A stretch of DNA of 64,000 nucleotides from Candidatus Aenigmatarchaeota archaeon (GTDB lineage: Archaea; Aenigmatarchaeota; Aenigmatarchaeia; QMZP01; QMZT01), in NCBI GenBank assembly GCA_041489155.1, contig JBGPQP010000002.1, forward strand, positions 54,449-118,448, in the 5' to 3' direction. Positions 1 through 9,811 of the stretch are shown here, piece by piece (within the stretch, counting starts at the first letter, position 1; each line of letters begins with the position of its first letter). Position numbers and translations under genes: made by a program. The notes under the pieces are model-generated. The model ran no database searches and was not told where the DNA came from. It was given only the letters and a program-made list of their open reading frames with translations.

Positions 1-222
1 TTCCCACGCCAGCTTGTGTATCTTCTCGTTGCCCTTCCCGAGCGTGTGCGTCATCAGAATCGCGATGTCGTCGCCCGTGTAGCTGATGTAATAATCCTTG
101 AGCAGGCCCTTGCCGTATTCCCTTATATAATCGAGAACCGTCTCCATGAGCAGCCTGCTCGGCTTTATGTGGCCGCCTATGCTGCCCACATCGGCTTTTA
201 TGGCAGAAACAGTGATCTTCAT
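1..222 (-). CDS. fbp: Fructose-1,6-bisphosphate aldolase/phosphatase (class V FBPase), N-terminal part; runs off window
   Basis: Manual translation (not in ORF track): MKITVSAIKADVGSIGGHIKPS...SYTGDDIAILMTH...HKLAWE, matching the class V KADVGSxxGH and GDD motifs. GGAGGTG RBS at 229-235. Confidence 0.92.
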   Translation of the reverse strand, partial: MKITVSAIKADVGSIGGHIKPSRLLMETVLDYIREYGKGLLKDYYISYTGDDIAILMTHTLGKGNEKIHKLAWE

Positions 223-343
223 AACCAACACCTCCGCTCGCTTCTGAACGCATGCGTCAGAGCCTGTTAGTTAAATCTGCGCAGTACGCAATAAAAAGTT
301 TTCGGGAAGCTGGAAAACAGTCTTCCGCTGCTTTTAGAAGCCG

Positions 344-580
344 CTAGTCCTCTGTGTCGGTTTTCGAGGCAGTGAAGCTGGCGTAGCCGCATTTGCCGCA
401 ATACAAGCGATTTTTCTGCTTGGAAAGCCATACGCCACCTCCGCATCTGGGGCAGAAGTTGTTCTTTCTCGCGACGGTTTCGCCCTTGATTTCGTATTTC
501 TTCCATATCTTCACTGATTCGTGCTTTCTTCCCTTTCTTACGCGCTTGCCTTTTTTCCTTGTTTTCTTTTCCTTCGCCAT
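344..580 (-). CDS. rps27ae: 30S ribosomal protein S27ae (eS31)
   Basis: Basic protein with CPRCGGGVWL...RLYCGKCGY zinc ribbon. Confidence 0.93.
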   Translation of the reverse strand: MAKEKKTRKKGKRVRKGRKHESVKIWKKYEIKGETVARKNNFCPRCGGGVWLSKQKNRLYCGKCGYASFTASKTDTED

Positions 581-619
581 TTGTTCACCTTATAATCATC
601 TTAATTAATTGAGCCGGCT

Positions 620-904
620 TCATGTGAGCTCGAATTTCTTGACCCTGAAGCCTTTCTTCGTATGCATCTTGCCGCACTGTTTGCATATCAGGCGCAGGTC
701 AACCTTCTTGGTCGGCTTGCCCTCGCCGCTCGGCTTTGGCCTGGGGAAAGATCCGTAGCCCTCCATCTTCCGCTTGAACCTTCTCTGCGACTGGGACAAG
801 GGATGAGCTGACGAACGGCCTTTTCTCTTCGCCACCTTCACCGTATGCTCCGTGTGCTTCCTGCACGTCGGGCAGTAGGTGTTGATCATCTTCGGGAATT
901 TCAT
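620..904 (-). CDS. rpl44e: 50S ribosomal protein L44e (eL42)
   Basis: [18 protein letters not shown]...GYGSFPRP...[17 protein letters not shown]. Confidence 0.95.
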   Translation of the reverse strand: MKFPKMINTYCPTCRKHTEHTVKVAKRKGRSSAHPLSQSQRRFKRKMEGYGSFPRPKPSGEGKPTKKVDLRLICKQCGKMHTKKGFRVKKFELT

Positions 905-1044
905 GTCCGCACCTGTTTCGTTTTTCGCTTAAGCCTTTTCCTAAAGGCTTATAACAAGTTTATTACGTCAAACAATTTATAAGCTTTTTAAGCAAACGCA
1001 ACAGCACAATATGGGTTTAAATTTTTTATAATTAACTACTAACT

Positions 1045-1473
1045 ATGCTTTCATTGCACTGGTTCAGGCACTGGGACAAGATATTCTGGACATTTTTCGC
1101 ACTCATTGGTTTGACTGTTGCGATAGGCGGTTTCGCAGGCCTGATGCCGGCCGAGTTCCTGATGCTTCTAGGGGCTTTCATAATCATAATAGGCGCCGGC
1201 AAGCTCGCCGAAGAGATAACGAAGCGCAAGCTCATGGGCTACCAGGACGACATCTACAGGAAGATGCACCAGATCTCACAGCATCTCGAAAAAACGTTCG
1301 ACATCGCCAGCATGAACAAGGACAAGACAGAGTTCCGAATTCAAAAGCTCGACCAGAAAAGGGGCGAGATGGAGAAGCAGATGAACAAGAACTACCGCGA
1401 GCTTGCCAGGAAGATAATAGAGCTTGAGAACAGGATGAACAAGCTGACCAAAGCGATGGAGAAGAGAAAATAA
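1045..1473 (+). CDS. Hypothetical protein, two N-terminal TM helices plus C-terminal coiled coil
   Basis: Hydrophobic aa ~13-53, then E/K-rich heptads. AT-rich promoter-like region upstream. Confidence 0.75.
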   Translation: MLSLHWFRHWDKIFWTFFALIGLTVAIGGFAGLMPAEFLMLLGAFIIIIGAGKLAEEITKRKLMGYQDDIYRKMHQISQHLEKTFDIASMNKDKTEFRIQKLDQKRGEMEKQMNKNYRELARKIIELENRMNKLTKAMEKRK

Positions 1474-1493
1474 TCTTATTATTCAATTTTAAT

Positions 1494-2795
1494 TCATTTC
1501 TCCCCGCCGATGAGCGATTTTTCCTTTATTATTATCGGCGAGCCGCCTGCGTGCCACGAGAAGCGCGGCCTGACCTGGATCTGGTAGATGCGCTCGGAGT
1601 TGTCGTCCAGCAGGATGGCAGAGCCTTTTGTTTTGGGAAGGTCGTTGAGGTAGTCTTGTATATCCTCAAGCATGTAGGTCTGCATTATCGAGCGCAGCGC
1701 CTCGATGTCCGCTTTCGAGGTCAGGCGGTGGGAGATTATGATGTCAGCCTGGGACAGCGCGTCTTCGTGGAGCTTGTTGGGCCGCTGCGTTATCAGCAGG
1801 ACCGAGATGCCCGGCTCCCTGCCCTCCTTGATGAGCGTGAGCAGCGGGCCTGTCGCCGCTGTCGTCTCGCCGTTGGGGACGAACTGGTGCGCCTCGTCCA
1901 TCATCACCCAGACCATGGGCAGCGTCTTTTTGATCTGCCCCGTTATCTGGCCGTACTCTTCGGCCTTTCTGGACATCAGGCGCTGTTCGAAAATTTTCCT
2001 GGAGATAAGGCCGACTACCATGGATCTTATCGACCACGACTCGGAAACGCGCATGTAATGGGAGACGTCGAGGATCGATATGACTCCGGGCTTCAGGAAG
2101 TCGTCTATCCTCGTGCCCTGCTCCTCGAAAAGGCCCCAGCTCTCGGCTGCGATGAACCTGTTCGCCAGGGCGTCTTTCACCTTCTTCTCAGTCGTCTTGT
2201 CCTTGTCTATCGCATCGATGATGTCCTGCAGCGAGAATTTGTCTCCAAACTTTTCGACGAGGTCCTCCATGATCTTTTCCAGCAGTATGCCGTGCTCGTC
2301 TATCATCGAGAAGCCGAACGTGACGGCCCAGTCCTCCGCTGTCAGCTCGCTGACCGAGATGGTGAAAGGCGCGTCCACCGCTATGCCTGTCTCCTTGTAC
2401 TCGGCCATGTAGCCCTTCGGCACGAAGAGCTTCACATTCATGCCTTCAGGCTTTATGTTCCATTCCTTCAGCATATCAATTTCCTTCTCGTTGGGCAGCT
2501 TCATGGACCAGTAGATGCCCATCGTGTCTATGAGGATGACAGCGAGATTCCTGCGCAGCTCGTCGGGCAGCTTGTATATCTCCTCGGCGATGACGCCTGC
2601 GGAATAGCTCTTACCCGTGCCGCGCTTGCCGCAGATCAGCACGATGTGCGGCCTTGTGATGTCCATGAGAATGGGATTCGTGAGATGAGACTCATCGCCC
2701 TTGCCGACTATGTGCCTGCCGATAAACGCCGTCCCCTTCTCGCCGAACTTTTTCAGGTCCTTCCAGTCCTTCCCTATGATTATCTTTTCGACCAT
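1494..2795 (-). CDS. HerA/FtsK-superfamily (DUF87-type) ATPase, pilus-locus associated
   Basis: Walker A GKRGTGKS, Walker B VMMDEAHQF, and KEGREPGISVLLITQRP (Arg finger and sensor Gln). Confidence 0.88.
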   Translation of the reverse strand: MVEKIIIGKDWKDLKKFGEKGTAFIGRHIVGKGDESHLTNPILMDITRPHIVLICGKRGTGKSYSAGVIAEEIYKLPDELRRNLAVILIDTMGIYWSMKLPNEKEIDMLKEWNIKPEGMNVKLFVPKGYMAEYKETGIAVDAPFTISVSELTAEDWAVTFGFSMIDEHGILLEKIMEDLVEKFGDKFSLQDIIDAIDKDKTTEKKVKDALANRFIAAESWGLFEEQGTRIDDFLKPGVISILDVSHYMRVSESWSIRSMVVGLISRKIFEQRLMSRKAEEYGQITGQIKKTLPMVWVMMDEAHQFVPNGETTAATGPLLTLIKEGREPGISVLLITQRPNKLHEDALSQADIIISHRLTSKADIEALRSIMQTYMLEDIQDYLNDLPKTKGSAILLDDNSERIYQIQVRPRFSWHAGGSPIIIKEKSLIGGEK

Positions 2796-2819
2796 ATTAT
2801 AGATTTGGCCAGCCTGTAT

Positions 2820-2905
2820 AAAAAAGATGAAACAAAAAACAGAAAAACATATTGATGCGAAGCAGAGCTAAAAATAAAAAAAGCAAAAAAGAGATGAAAA
2901 AAGAA
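2820..2905 (-). terminator. T-rich putative archaeal terminator region downstream of pilin gene
   Basis: Several oligo-A runs on the + strand (oligo-T on the - strand) just after the pilin stop codon. Confidence 0.45.
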
Positions 2906-2912
2906 AGTCTCT

Positions 2913-3371
2913 TTAGCTAACAACGCCAGTCACAGTCCCCGTGTCCGTGTGGTTGAGTCCGCCCGCGTTGTAAACTATTGCCAATTTGACAGAATAGCTC
3001 GAGCCTGTTGTTAGTAGTGGAAGTGTTGGGAATGTTATGCTTCCGGATGCTCCCGGGCCAAGTACCAAACTAGTCGGGTTGTAAGTACTAGCCGTTCCAC
3101 TTATCGTAGCGGTTATATTGAGTATAGTCACTGCTGTTGCCATTTTGTTGTTGGCAAGGTTCAGTGTAAGGTTACCTGCGGTCGTTAAATCCCAGTCTGT
3201 CGGCGCTCCCAACACCTGGAATCCCGTCGCTGTCCTTCCTGTAAATGTCGCTGGGTTGAATACGCCTAACGCGTATAACGCCGCTGCCACTATTATGACG
3301 ATCAGTATAGCCCAACCGTACGTCATCAGGTACTCCATCGCGGACTGTCCCTTTTTATTCGCAAATTTCAT
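2913..3371 (-). CDS. Archaeal type IV pilin (class III signal peptide), probable major pilin
   Basis: KKG|QSAMEYLMTYGWAILIVIIV with E at +5 and a hydrophobic helix, followed by a Thr/Gly-rich beta domain. Own TATA-like box at about 3404-3411. Confidence 0.9.
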   Translation of the reverse strand: MKFANKKGQSAMEYLMTYGWAILIVIIVAAALYALGVFNPATFTGRTATGFQVLGAPTDWDLTTAGNLTLNLANNKMATAVTILNITATISGTASTYNPTSLVLGPGASGSITFPTLPLLTTGSSYSVKLAIVYNAGGLNHTDTGTVTGVVS

Positions 3372-3449
3372 AAATGATCAATTTATAATTGGTTTAAACT
3401 GGTATATATAAGTTCTTCCATGCTTCGTTTTGTTTCCCGTCTGTTTGTT

Positions 3450-4403
3450 CTAATGCGGCATGAAACTGGAGAACATGCTGTTTATGACGAAATTCGCCCC
3501 GAAGAACACAATAAGGGCGATTATCATGAAGATGGGCACGTATTTTATCCCGCCCTTCTCCTTGCCCGTTTCTATCAGGCCGATTATCAGGCCGGAGAAG
3601 AAAGTGGTTATGATGATCGAGACGACCGAGAAGGCCATCAGGAAATCGGGCGAAATTGATATGCCGCCCTTGAACATCGGGACGCCCTTCGACATGACCT
3701 CGCTGCTCACCACGCTGGAGCCGGTGAGGGAGGTAAGCGTGGTTATGAGATAAAGCGACAGCGCATAGAGGACGGGCGCGCCCATCACGCCGGAGAAGAC
3801 AATGAATATCCCGTACATTATGATGTTGGCCTTTATCTCCTTCTTTATCGCCTGCTTCCTGCGGATGTCGACTGCGTTCTCATCCAGCAGAGAAACGAGC
3901 TGGCCGCCGAACTTCGAGCCCTCGTTTATCAGGTTTATCGCGCGCTGGAGGATGTCCGATTTTATGTAGCGCGGGATTTCGTTCAGGCCCTCGGCAAGCG
4001 ATTTGCCTGTCAGGATTTCCTTGCCCGACTTCTTTATCGCCTCCGCGAGCGGGCCGAACTCGCTGCGTGCGCTCAGTAACAAAGCCTTGCTGGGTATGTA
4101 GCCTGCGCGCATGTTGGCTGCCATAAGCTCTAGCGCATCCGGCAGGACATTCTCGACGAAAGTCTTTCTCTTCTCGACGGCAAGCGTGAGGTAGGCGTTG
4201 AACATCAGGAAAGCGCCCATGAAAACGCCTATGAAGATGTAAATGGCGTATGTTCTTACAACCACCGCCAGAACCGCTGCGAGTATGAGGCTTATAATGA
4301 ACGATTTGTTTATGTAGGACTCGCTGGTGGTGGTCATGCCGGCGAGCAGCAATTTCTCTCTTATGTGCTCCCGGTAATTCTGGGGGAAAAACCTGTATAT
4401 CAT
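3450..4403 (-). CDS. Type II/IV secretion system F-family (TadC/FlaJ-like) membrane platform protein
   Basis: ENVLPDALELMAANMRAG...EFGPLAEAI...GGQLVSLL plus several TM helices. Confidence 0.9.
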   Translation of the reverse strand: MIYRFFPQNYREHIREKLLLAGMTTTSESYINKSFIISLILAAVLAVVVRTYAIYIFIGVFMGAFLMFNAYLTLAVEKRKTFVENVLPDALELMAANMRAGYIPSKALLLSARSEFGPLAEAIKKSGKEILTGKSLAEGLNEIPRYIKSDILQRAINLINEGSKFGGQLVSLLDENAVDIRRKQAIKKEIKANIIMYGIFIVFSGVMGAPVLYALSLYLITTLTSLTGSSVVSSEVMSKGVPMFKGGISISPDFLMAFSVVSIIITTFFSGLIIGLIETGKEKGGIKYVPIFMIIALIVFFGANFVINSMFSSFMPH

Positions 4404-4413
4404 ATCAATCCCT

Positions 4414-5307
4414 TTAATCGATGCCTACCGGCCTCCTTGATTTTATAAGGCCTATGAACATGAACTGGAAAAGGACGAGGACGCCTAGTAGCCCGGCCAG
4501 CACGATTTGAAGGTTGAACTTCAGGCCGGTGAAGGATGCGAGGACGAGGAGGAAGGTGATGCCCAGCGTCGGGAATATCACGGCGAAAAGCATGTACATG
4601 AGGGCGAGAGGGTTCAGCTGCGCGCCGTATTTTTTGATAGCGACTCTCTGCTCGACCGCCAGGTTTTCTACTATCTCTTTCATCGTGTGTCCGATGTCGG
4701 CGCCGGATTTGAGCGCGTTTATGATCTGCCACATGACGCGGCGGAAGAAGAACGAAGGCGTCTCTCTCGTTATTTTTTCCAGCGCTTCCGCCTCGGACTT
4801 GCCCGTGTTTATCTCGTTTACCACGCGCCTCATCTCCTTTGAAAGCGTCCCGTAGTCGCCCCTCGCTATCGAGACGAGCGTGTCGTAAAGCGGCACGCCT
4901 GACCTTACCTGGACGAGGATGTGATGCAGAACGTACGGGAGATTCTTCTCTATGTCGCCTACCTTCTTCTGCGCGGAAAGCTTCGGGTAGAAGGAAAGGA
5001 ACATGAACGTCCCCGTCCCTATCGCCAGGCCGGCGAACGTCGCCACCGTCAGCGCCCTCTGCATCTCTATCCTGGCAACGAGCGTTATCAGGAACACGAG
5101 GCCGAACAGCAGCAGGAAGTAGAACATGAACGCGAACAGGGCGATGGACATCCAGCGGCGCGGCGAGATTTCGAAGCCTGACTGCTCGAGGTCAAATTCA
5201 AGGGAAGGGAACATTTTTGACAGGTTCTCCCCCAAGCCCAGAAAGTGCTCTGTTATCCCCCTTACTTTTTCATATGGCAGGGGCAAGAATGGAATTTTGT
5301 TTTTCAC
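4414..5307 (-). CDS. Type II/IV secretion system F-family (TadB/FlaJ-like) membrane platform protein
   Basis: IEKNLPYVLHHILVQVRSGVPL...DYGTLSKEM...EINTG...ALKSGADI plus TM helices. Confidence 0.9.
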   Translation of the reverse strand: MKNKIPFLPLPYEKVRGITEHFLGLGENLSKMFPSLEFDLEQSGFEISPRRWMSIALFAFMFYFLLLFGLVFLITLVARIEMQRALTVATFAGLAIGTGTFMFLSFYPKLSAQKKVGDIEKNLPYVLHHILVQVRSGVPLYDTLVSIARGDYGTLSKEMRRVVNEINTGKSEAEALEKITRETPSFFFRRVMWQIINALKSGADIGHTMKEIVENLAVEQRVAIKKYGAQLNPLALMYMLFAVIFPTLGITFLLVLASFTGLKFNLQIVLAGLLGVLVLFQFMFIGLIKSRRPVGID

Positions 5308-5337
5308 ATAAAATTATTGGAGAACTGAGTATATATT

Positions 5338-5997
5338 TCATGCGAGTTCTATTGTCAGCACGCCGTTCTTGAATGTCTGGTTGAAGATGCTGGTTTCAGG
5401 AGGCTTTGTGAGAATCTTGAAATACGCCTTTTCGCCTGCTATGGCTTTGACTTCGATGGAGTTCTCAAGCTTCTTCACCTCAATGTCATTCGCGTTCCTG
5501 ACGCCGGGCAGTTTTATCTCAACAAGTGTTTTGCTGCCTACCTTCTTCATGCAGGTCACAGGCTCTTCGGTGTGCTTTGCACTGTCAAAGCATATGCCCT
5601 GCGCTCCACTGCTTTCAGTTTTTTCAGGCCTTATTGCCTTGGATATGCGGTCTCCGAAGCCCATCTTGTCCGCTTCCTTCTCTATCGCCTTCTTCGGGAC
5701 GTCGCCGAAGGTCTGTATCGAAACCTTTGGCTTGTGGCCGGTGCCCTGCGTTATCTTTATGGAGAAGCCGCTGCCCCTCATGGGCTTGGTGTTTTTGGGG
5801 AACATTGGTATAAGGTCTGCGAACTCGAAATTCTTTTCCAGGGCCTTGTTCATCTCGCTCATTTCGCGTTCCATGCGCTCGAACACATCGCCGAATAAAG
5901 CGCGTTCTTTAATCTCCAGCTCCGCGCCGCAGCTGGGGCAGAACTTCCATCTCGCGTCCGTTTCTCTGCCGCAGTTGGCGCATCTCATATGTATCAT
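5338..5997 (-). CDS. Zinc-ribbon protein with C-terminal Hsp20/alpha-crystallin-like domain
   Basis: N-terminal CANCG...FCPSCG. C-terminal EIKLPGV...IEV...FKNGVLTIEL. Confidence 0.75.
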   Translation of the reverse strand: MIHMRCANCGRETDARWKFCPSCGAELEIKERALFGDVFERMEREMSEMNKALEKNFEFADLIPMFPKNTKPMRGSGFSIKITQGTGHKPKVSIQTFGDVPKKAIEKEADKMGFGDRISKAIRPEKTESSGAQGICFDSAKHTEEPVTCMKKVGSKTLVEIKLPGVRNANDIEVKKLENSIEVKAIAGEKAYFKILTKPPETSIFNQTFKNGVLTIELA

Positions 5998-6010
5998 GTT
6001 TTATTTGAAA

Positions 6011-8353
6011 TTATAAAAGTTTTCTGGCCATAGTCACGAGCCTCGGCTTTTTCATCAGGATCAGGGCGAGCCTCTTGAAGCCAGACGCTCTCGCGAAGCC
6101 GACGAGTTCGTCGCCATTAAGGTATTCGGCCAGCCAGTTGAGTTCGTCATCCTTCAGGTTTTCGACGACGTGCCTCAGCTTCAGGATTCTCTTCAACCTT
6201 TCCCCGCGTTCCTTCCACCATCTTCTCTCGTATTCGGCGAGCTTCGCCTTTGAATAATCATTCGCTTTTATCGCCTTTGCAATCGTTTCGCTTGCCATGC
6301 GACCTGCGACATACGCTTCAGCTATGCCGCCTCCGTGAATCGGGTTGACCTGATGCGCTGCATCGCCGACGACGACGAAATTGTCAGCCACCATGCTTCT
6401 GAGGAAGCCGCCGACAGGCACGCCGCCCGAGTTGGCTTCTATGGTCGATCCCTTGCGCAGGGCTTCGCGCTCCCTTATGAAATCCCTGAGGTATGATATC
6501 GCCGACCTTTTTGAGAAGGGCTTTCTCACGCCTATGCCGACATTCGCGCTGTCCTTCCCTTTCGGGAATATCCAACAATTATGCACAATAAAACCAGGGC
6601 AGAATGAACCGTTAGATTGGATATCATATACCTTTCCTGTATATTTTTCACGTCTTAGGCTTCTTACACCCATAAACAAAAATCCTTCTTTTACAAACGA
6701 CCTGCTGTTTTTCAATTCTCCATATTTGCATTCACCGAATATTGTATCTAGCTTTTTCAATTGTTTGCCATAAATTCGTAAACGATATGCATTTTTCTTT
6801 TTTATTCTTCCAACTGAACCAGCTATATTTATTGTTGATAAAAACATCCACAAGTCGTATAACATTCGTTTTGACGTTGTGGTAAGGTTTAAATGTTCAT
6901 CTTCACGTTTTGATTTTTTCTCTTTGTTCCCGTCACCTCTGAAAAGACCTTTTAAAAACGCTATCTTTAGCTCATCATCCAGACCAAAGAAAAAATGCGG
7001 TATATGTTTATTATGGCAACCTCTTCCGAATAAAGACTCGAATAATTGTTTTAAAATTTTGGAAGCAAAATGCACTTGCACGCATGTTTTTTCTCCTGAT
7101 GTTTTTTTATTTTTCCATAGGCTGGCCTCAAATCCGAATGTCTCCTCTCCTATTTCTTCCACTCTATTTATTATGTTTTTATCTGTATTGCTTATAATAA
7201 TGCCATTGGAGTTTGTGTTACCCTCTGACACATAATAACCAAAAAACTCCATCAATTTTTCTGTTATTTCTAGATTATTTTTTATGCCATGTTTATATGC
7301 AAATTCAGCCCCAAATTGATTTCTGCCTATAGGATATGTTTTACCATCTTTTACTATACCTTTCACGTAATCCTGAATTTTAATGTGTGTAATTCGTTTC
7401 TCTTTTGGGATGGGTAATATTAGGTAATCGCCATCTCTGTGATTACCCCTCCTTCCCTTTATTATTTCCTTTGCCTTTTTCCATGCAAATCCATCTTTTT
7501 TGTTCCATATATAGACTAGATGGCCCGGGGTTAGTCTAACTTCATTATTGAACATAAAGGGAGTTATGGTGATGATTTCTCCATCGTATTCCCTTATAGA
7601 GATAGCGGAAGCAGGGACCCATCCTTTCATCGTGAATACTTCTTCACCGATTTTAACATCAGAAATTGGTTTGAGCGTATTTTTAGTGATAATTTCTGTA
7701 TCAGGTGTCAGACAATATCCGCCAGGCGCGATAGCGTTGCCGAAGTAGAGCTCGATCCTGTCGGGATCTATGCTCACGTTCGTCATCTCGAACTGCGCGC
7801 AGGACGCAATCTCGGAAAGCGGGAGCGTGGTGTCTATGCCCATCATTCTCGGGAGCCTTGACTCGATGCCGTCGCAAGCGACAAGAATCTTGCACCCGAT
7901 TTCAAGGGTTTCGTTGCCAGACCTCAGTTTTACAGCGAGCCTGTTCCCGTTCCTTCTCGCTCCTATGACCTCGGTTTTGGTCAGGACCCTGGCGCCCGCC
8001 TGAACGGCGAGTTTCGCCAGGTACTTGTCAAGCATCTTCCTCTCGATTATCCATCCCTCAGGCCCGTCGAAATCGGCGGTTATCTTCTTGCCGTTGGGCG
8101 CGTAAATGCTCGCACCCTTTACGACTTTAGAAATCCACGAATTATCGACCTTTATTTCCATCCTTTCCGCGGCGGACCTCGAAAGGCCCTCGCCGCAGCG
8201 CTTCGGGCTGCCTATCTCCTGCCGCTTCTCGACTGCTAGGGTTTTCAGGCCTTTTTCAGCGCAGTGTCTCGCGACTGAAGAGCCAGCGGGCCCGACGCCG
8301 ACAACCAGCACATCATACTCCCTGTCAATATACTCGAACATAATATCACCCAA
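6011..8353 (-). CDS. Digeranylgeranylglycerophospholipid reductase (geranylgeranyl reductase), intein-containing
   Basis: GxGPAG FAD motif, RCGEGLS, ACDG, APGGY|CWIFP (PxxYxWxFP) and VGDAAHQVNPIHGGGI. About 400 aa after intein removal. Confidence 0.92.
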   Translation of the reverse strand: MGDIMFEYIDREYDVLVVGVGPAGSSVARHCAEKGLKTLAVEKRQEIGSPKRCGEGLSRSAAERMEIKVDNSWISKVVKGASIYAPNGKKITADFDGPEGWIIERKMLDKYLAKLAVQAGARVLTKTEVIGARRNGNRLAVKLRSGNETLEIGCKILVACDGIESRLPRMMGIDTTLPLSEIASCAQFEMTNVSIDPDRIELYFGNAIAPGGYCLTPDTEIITKNTLKPISDVKIGEEVFTMKGWVPASAISIREYDGEIITITPFMFNNEVRLTPGHLVYIWNKKDGFAWKKAKEIIKGRRGNHRDGDYLILPIPKEKRITHIKIQDYVKGIVKDGKTYPIGRNQFGAEFAYKHGIKNNLEITEKLMEFFGYYVSEGNTNSNGIIISNTDKNIINRVEEIGEETFGFEASLWKNKKTSGEKTCVQVHFASKILKQLFESLFGRGCHNKHIPHFFFGLDDELKIAFLKGLFRGDGNKEKKSKREDEHLNLTTTSKRMLYDLWMFLSTINIAGSVGRIKKKNAYRLRIYGKQLKKLDTIFGECKYGELKNSRSFVKEGFLFMGVRSLRREKYTGKVYDIQSNGSFCPGFIVHNCWIFPKGKDSANVGIGVRKPFSKRSAISYLRDFIREREALRKGSTIEANSGGVPVGGFLRSMVADNFVVVGDAAHQVNPIHGGGIAEAYVAGRMASETIAKAIKANDYSKAKLAEYERRWWKERGERLKRILKLRHVVENLKDDELNWLAEYLNGDELVGFARASGFKRLALILMKKPRLVTMARKLL
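6578..7714 (-). mobile_element. Intein (379 aa) with LAGLIDADG homing endonuclease inside GGR
   Basis: Starts CLTPDTEI, has block B LTPGHLVY, endonuclease motifs FFGYYVSEGN and FLKGLFRGDG, and ends VYDIQS...FIVHN followed by a +1 Cys. Visibly more AT-rich than the exteins. Confidence 0.95.
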
Positions 8354-8411
8354 TAAATCTTTTTAATAGCCTATTTATTTATAAAATAAGATATAAAAAG
8401 TTCGTTAAGAG

Positions 8412-8888
8412 TTGGTGGTGTTTGTGTCGTTTTTCGGTAAGAAGAGGGAAGGCATCAAGAGGAATGTTGCTCTGTTTGTGGACGGACCGAATATAATAAG
8501 AAGGGAATTCAGCATTGATCTGGACGAGCTTAGGAAGAACATAGAGAAGTACGGCAGAATCGTGACCGGAAAAGTCTTCCTTAACCAGCATGCCCCCGAC
8601 AAGCTGATCGAAGCCGTCGCCAATCAGGGCTTTGAGCCTAAAGTCGTGCTGGCCGGCGAGGCCGAAGCGGACGTTGACGTCAGCGTCGCGGTCGAAATAG
8701 TCAAGGCCGCTTACAACGATAAAATCGACGTGATCGCCCTCGCTTCTAGAGACGCTGATTATCTGCCTGCGATACAGCTTGCCAAGGAGAAGGACAAAAT
8801 CATCGTGATAATCGGCATAAACCCCGGCTTTTCCAGGGCCCTGCAGAACGTCGCGGACAGCGTTGAAATTCTGACCAAAAGGGTTTGA
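8412..8888 (+). CDS. NYN domain (LabA/DUF88, PIN-like) protein
   Basis: ALFVDGPN...DVDV...ALASRDADYLPAIQLAKE. Confidence 0.88.
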   Translation: MVVFVSFFGKKREGIKRNVALFVDGPNIIRREFSIDLDELRKNIEKYGRIVTGKVFLNQHAPDKLIEAVANQGFEPKVVLAGEAEADVDVSVAVEIVKAAYNDKIDVIALASRDADYLPAIQLAKEKDKIIVIIGINPGFSRALQNVADSVEILTKRV

Positions 8889-9554
8889 ATGAGAGTGAAA
8901 GAAAACCTATCGGCGGTTAGAAAGCAGATCGAACAGGCAGCGAAAAAATCGGGGAGATGTGCCGAAGACATAGTTCTCGTCGGCATTTCCAAGACCGCCA
9001 GCGTCGAGCTAGTGAAAGAAGCCGTAGGCTGCGGTCTTGCCGACATCGGGGAGAACCGCGTGCAGGAAGCCGAAAAGAAATTCCCCCTGCTTTCCGGCGT
9101 CAGGAAGCATTTCGTCGGTCACCTGCAGTCCAACAAGGTAAAAAAAGCGGTTGAAATATTTGATGTCATCCAGTCTGTCGATTCAATCGAGATCGCCAGG
9201 AAAATCGATGAGCAAGCGCTTCGGATGGGCAAGACCATGCCTGTCCTCATCCAGGTGCGCACGGATGAAATGAAGGAGTTCGGGATAAGGCCTGTCGAAA
9301 CCGAAAAATTTCTCAGGAAAGCGGCAAAGCTTGAAGGCACACGTATTCTGGGTTTAATGACAATCGGGCCGGCATTTGAAAATCCCGAAGATTCGCGTCA
9401 CGTATTCAGGGAAACGAAAAAGCTTTTCGACTCGCTAGCGCGAATACCGCACGTGGAAATGCGCTATCTCTCTATGGGCATGAGTTTCGATTTCAGAATA
9501 GCGATAGAAGAAGGCGCAAACATGGTGAGAGTGGGAAGGGCAATTTTTGACTAG
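8889..9554 (+). CDS. yggS: YggS/PLPBP pyridoxal phosphate homeostasis protein
   Basis: LVGISKT, IGENRVQEA, HFVGHLQSNK, GLMTIGP, LSMGMSFDF, GANMVRVGRAIF. Confidence 0.93.
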   Translation: MRVKENLSAVRKQIEQAAKKSGRCAEDIVLVGISKTASVELVKEAVGCGLADIGENRVQEAEKKFPLLSGVRKHFVGHLQSNKVKKAVEIFDVIQSVDSIEIARKIDEQALRMGKTMPVLIQVRTDEMKEFGIRPVETEKFLRKAAKLEGTRILGLMTIGPAFENPEDSRHVFRETKKLFDSLARIPHVEMRYLSMGMSFDFRIAIEEGANMVRVGRAIFD

Positions 9555-9811
9555 AATGCGGGCCCGTTTTTTGAAAATTGCAGATAAAAATAAAAATCAC
9601 AAAATCAAAATATTATATGCATGTTTTGAAGAAATATCAACTGTTTTTTCCGCATGCAAAACATCCTTGTTACCAGCCGGCGCCTGTATATTATTCTAAT
9701 ACATATTTTTCACGAAGTAACCCAAGGGATAAGGCGATAGAAACCTATTTCAGAAGAGGACAAATCCACCACAAATACCACAATTCAGGAAAACATTAAG
9801 CCACAAAAAGT

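Noticed and set aside
16..506. ORF-track calls 16-270 (+) and 267-506 (-)
   Set aside because: They overlap the real fbp (1-222, -) and rps27ae genes.
1494..2795. HerA-NurA DNA repair operon
   Set aside because: No nurA, mre11 or rad50 is adjacent, and the context is pilus genes.
1551..2855. 434-aa + strand ORF and many other long antisense ORFs (e.g. 11525-12313, 29170-29991, 38195-38992, 40087-41076)
   Set aside because: They lie antisense to well-supported genes and have no recognisable motifs, so they are shadow ORFs from codon bias.
9555..9811. AT-rich spacer with a 73-aa ORF (9578-9799) or a possible ncRNA
   Set aside because: TTG start, atypical composition, and no tRNA cloverleaf or other recognisable RNA structure.
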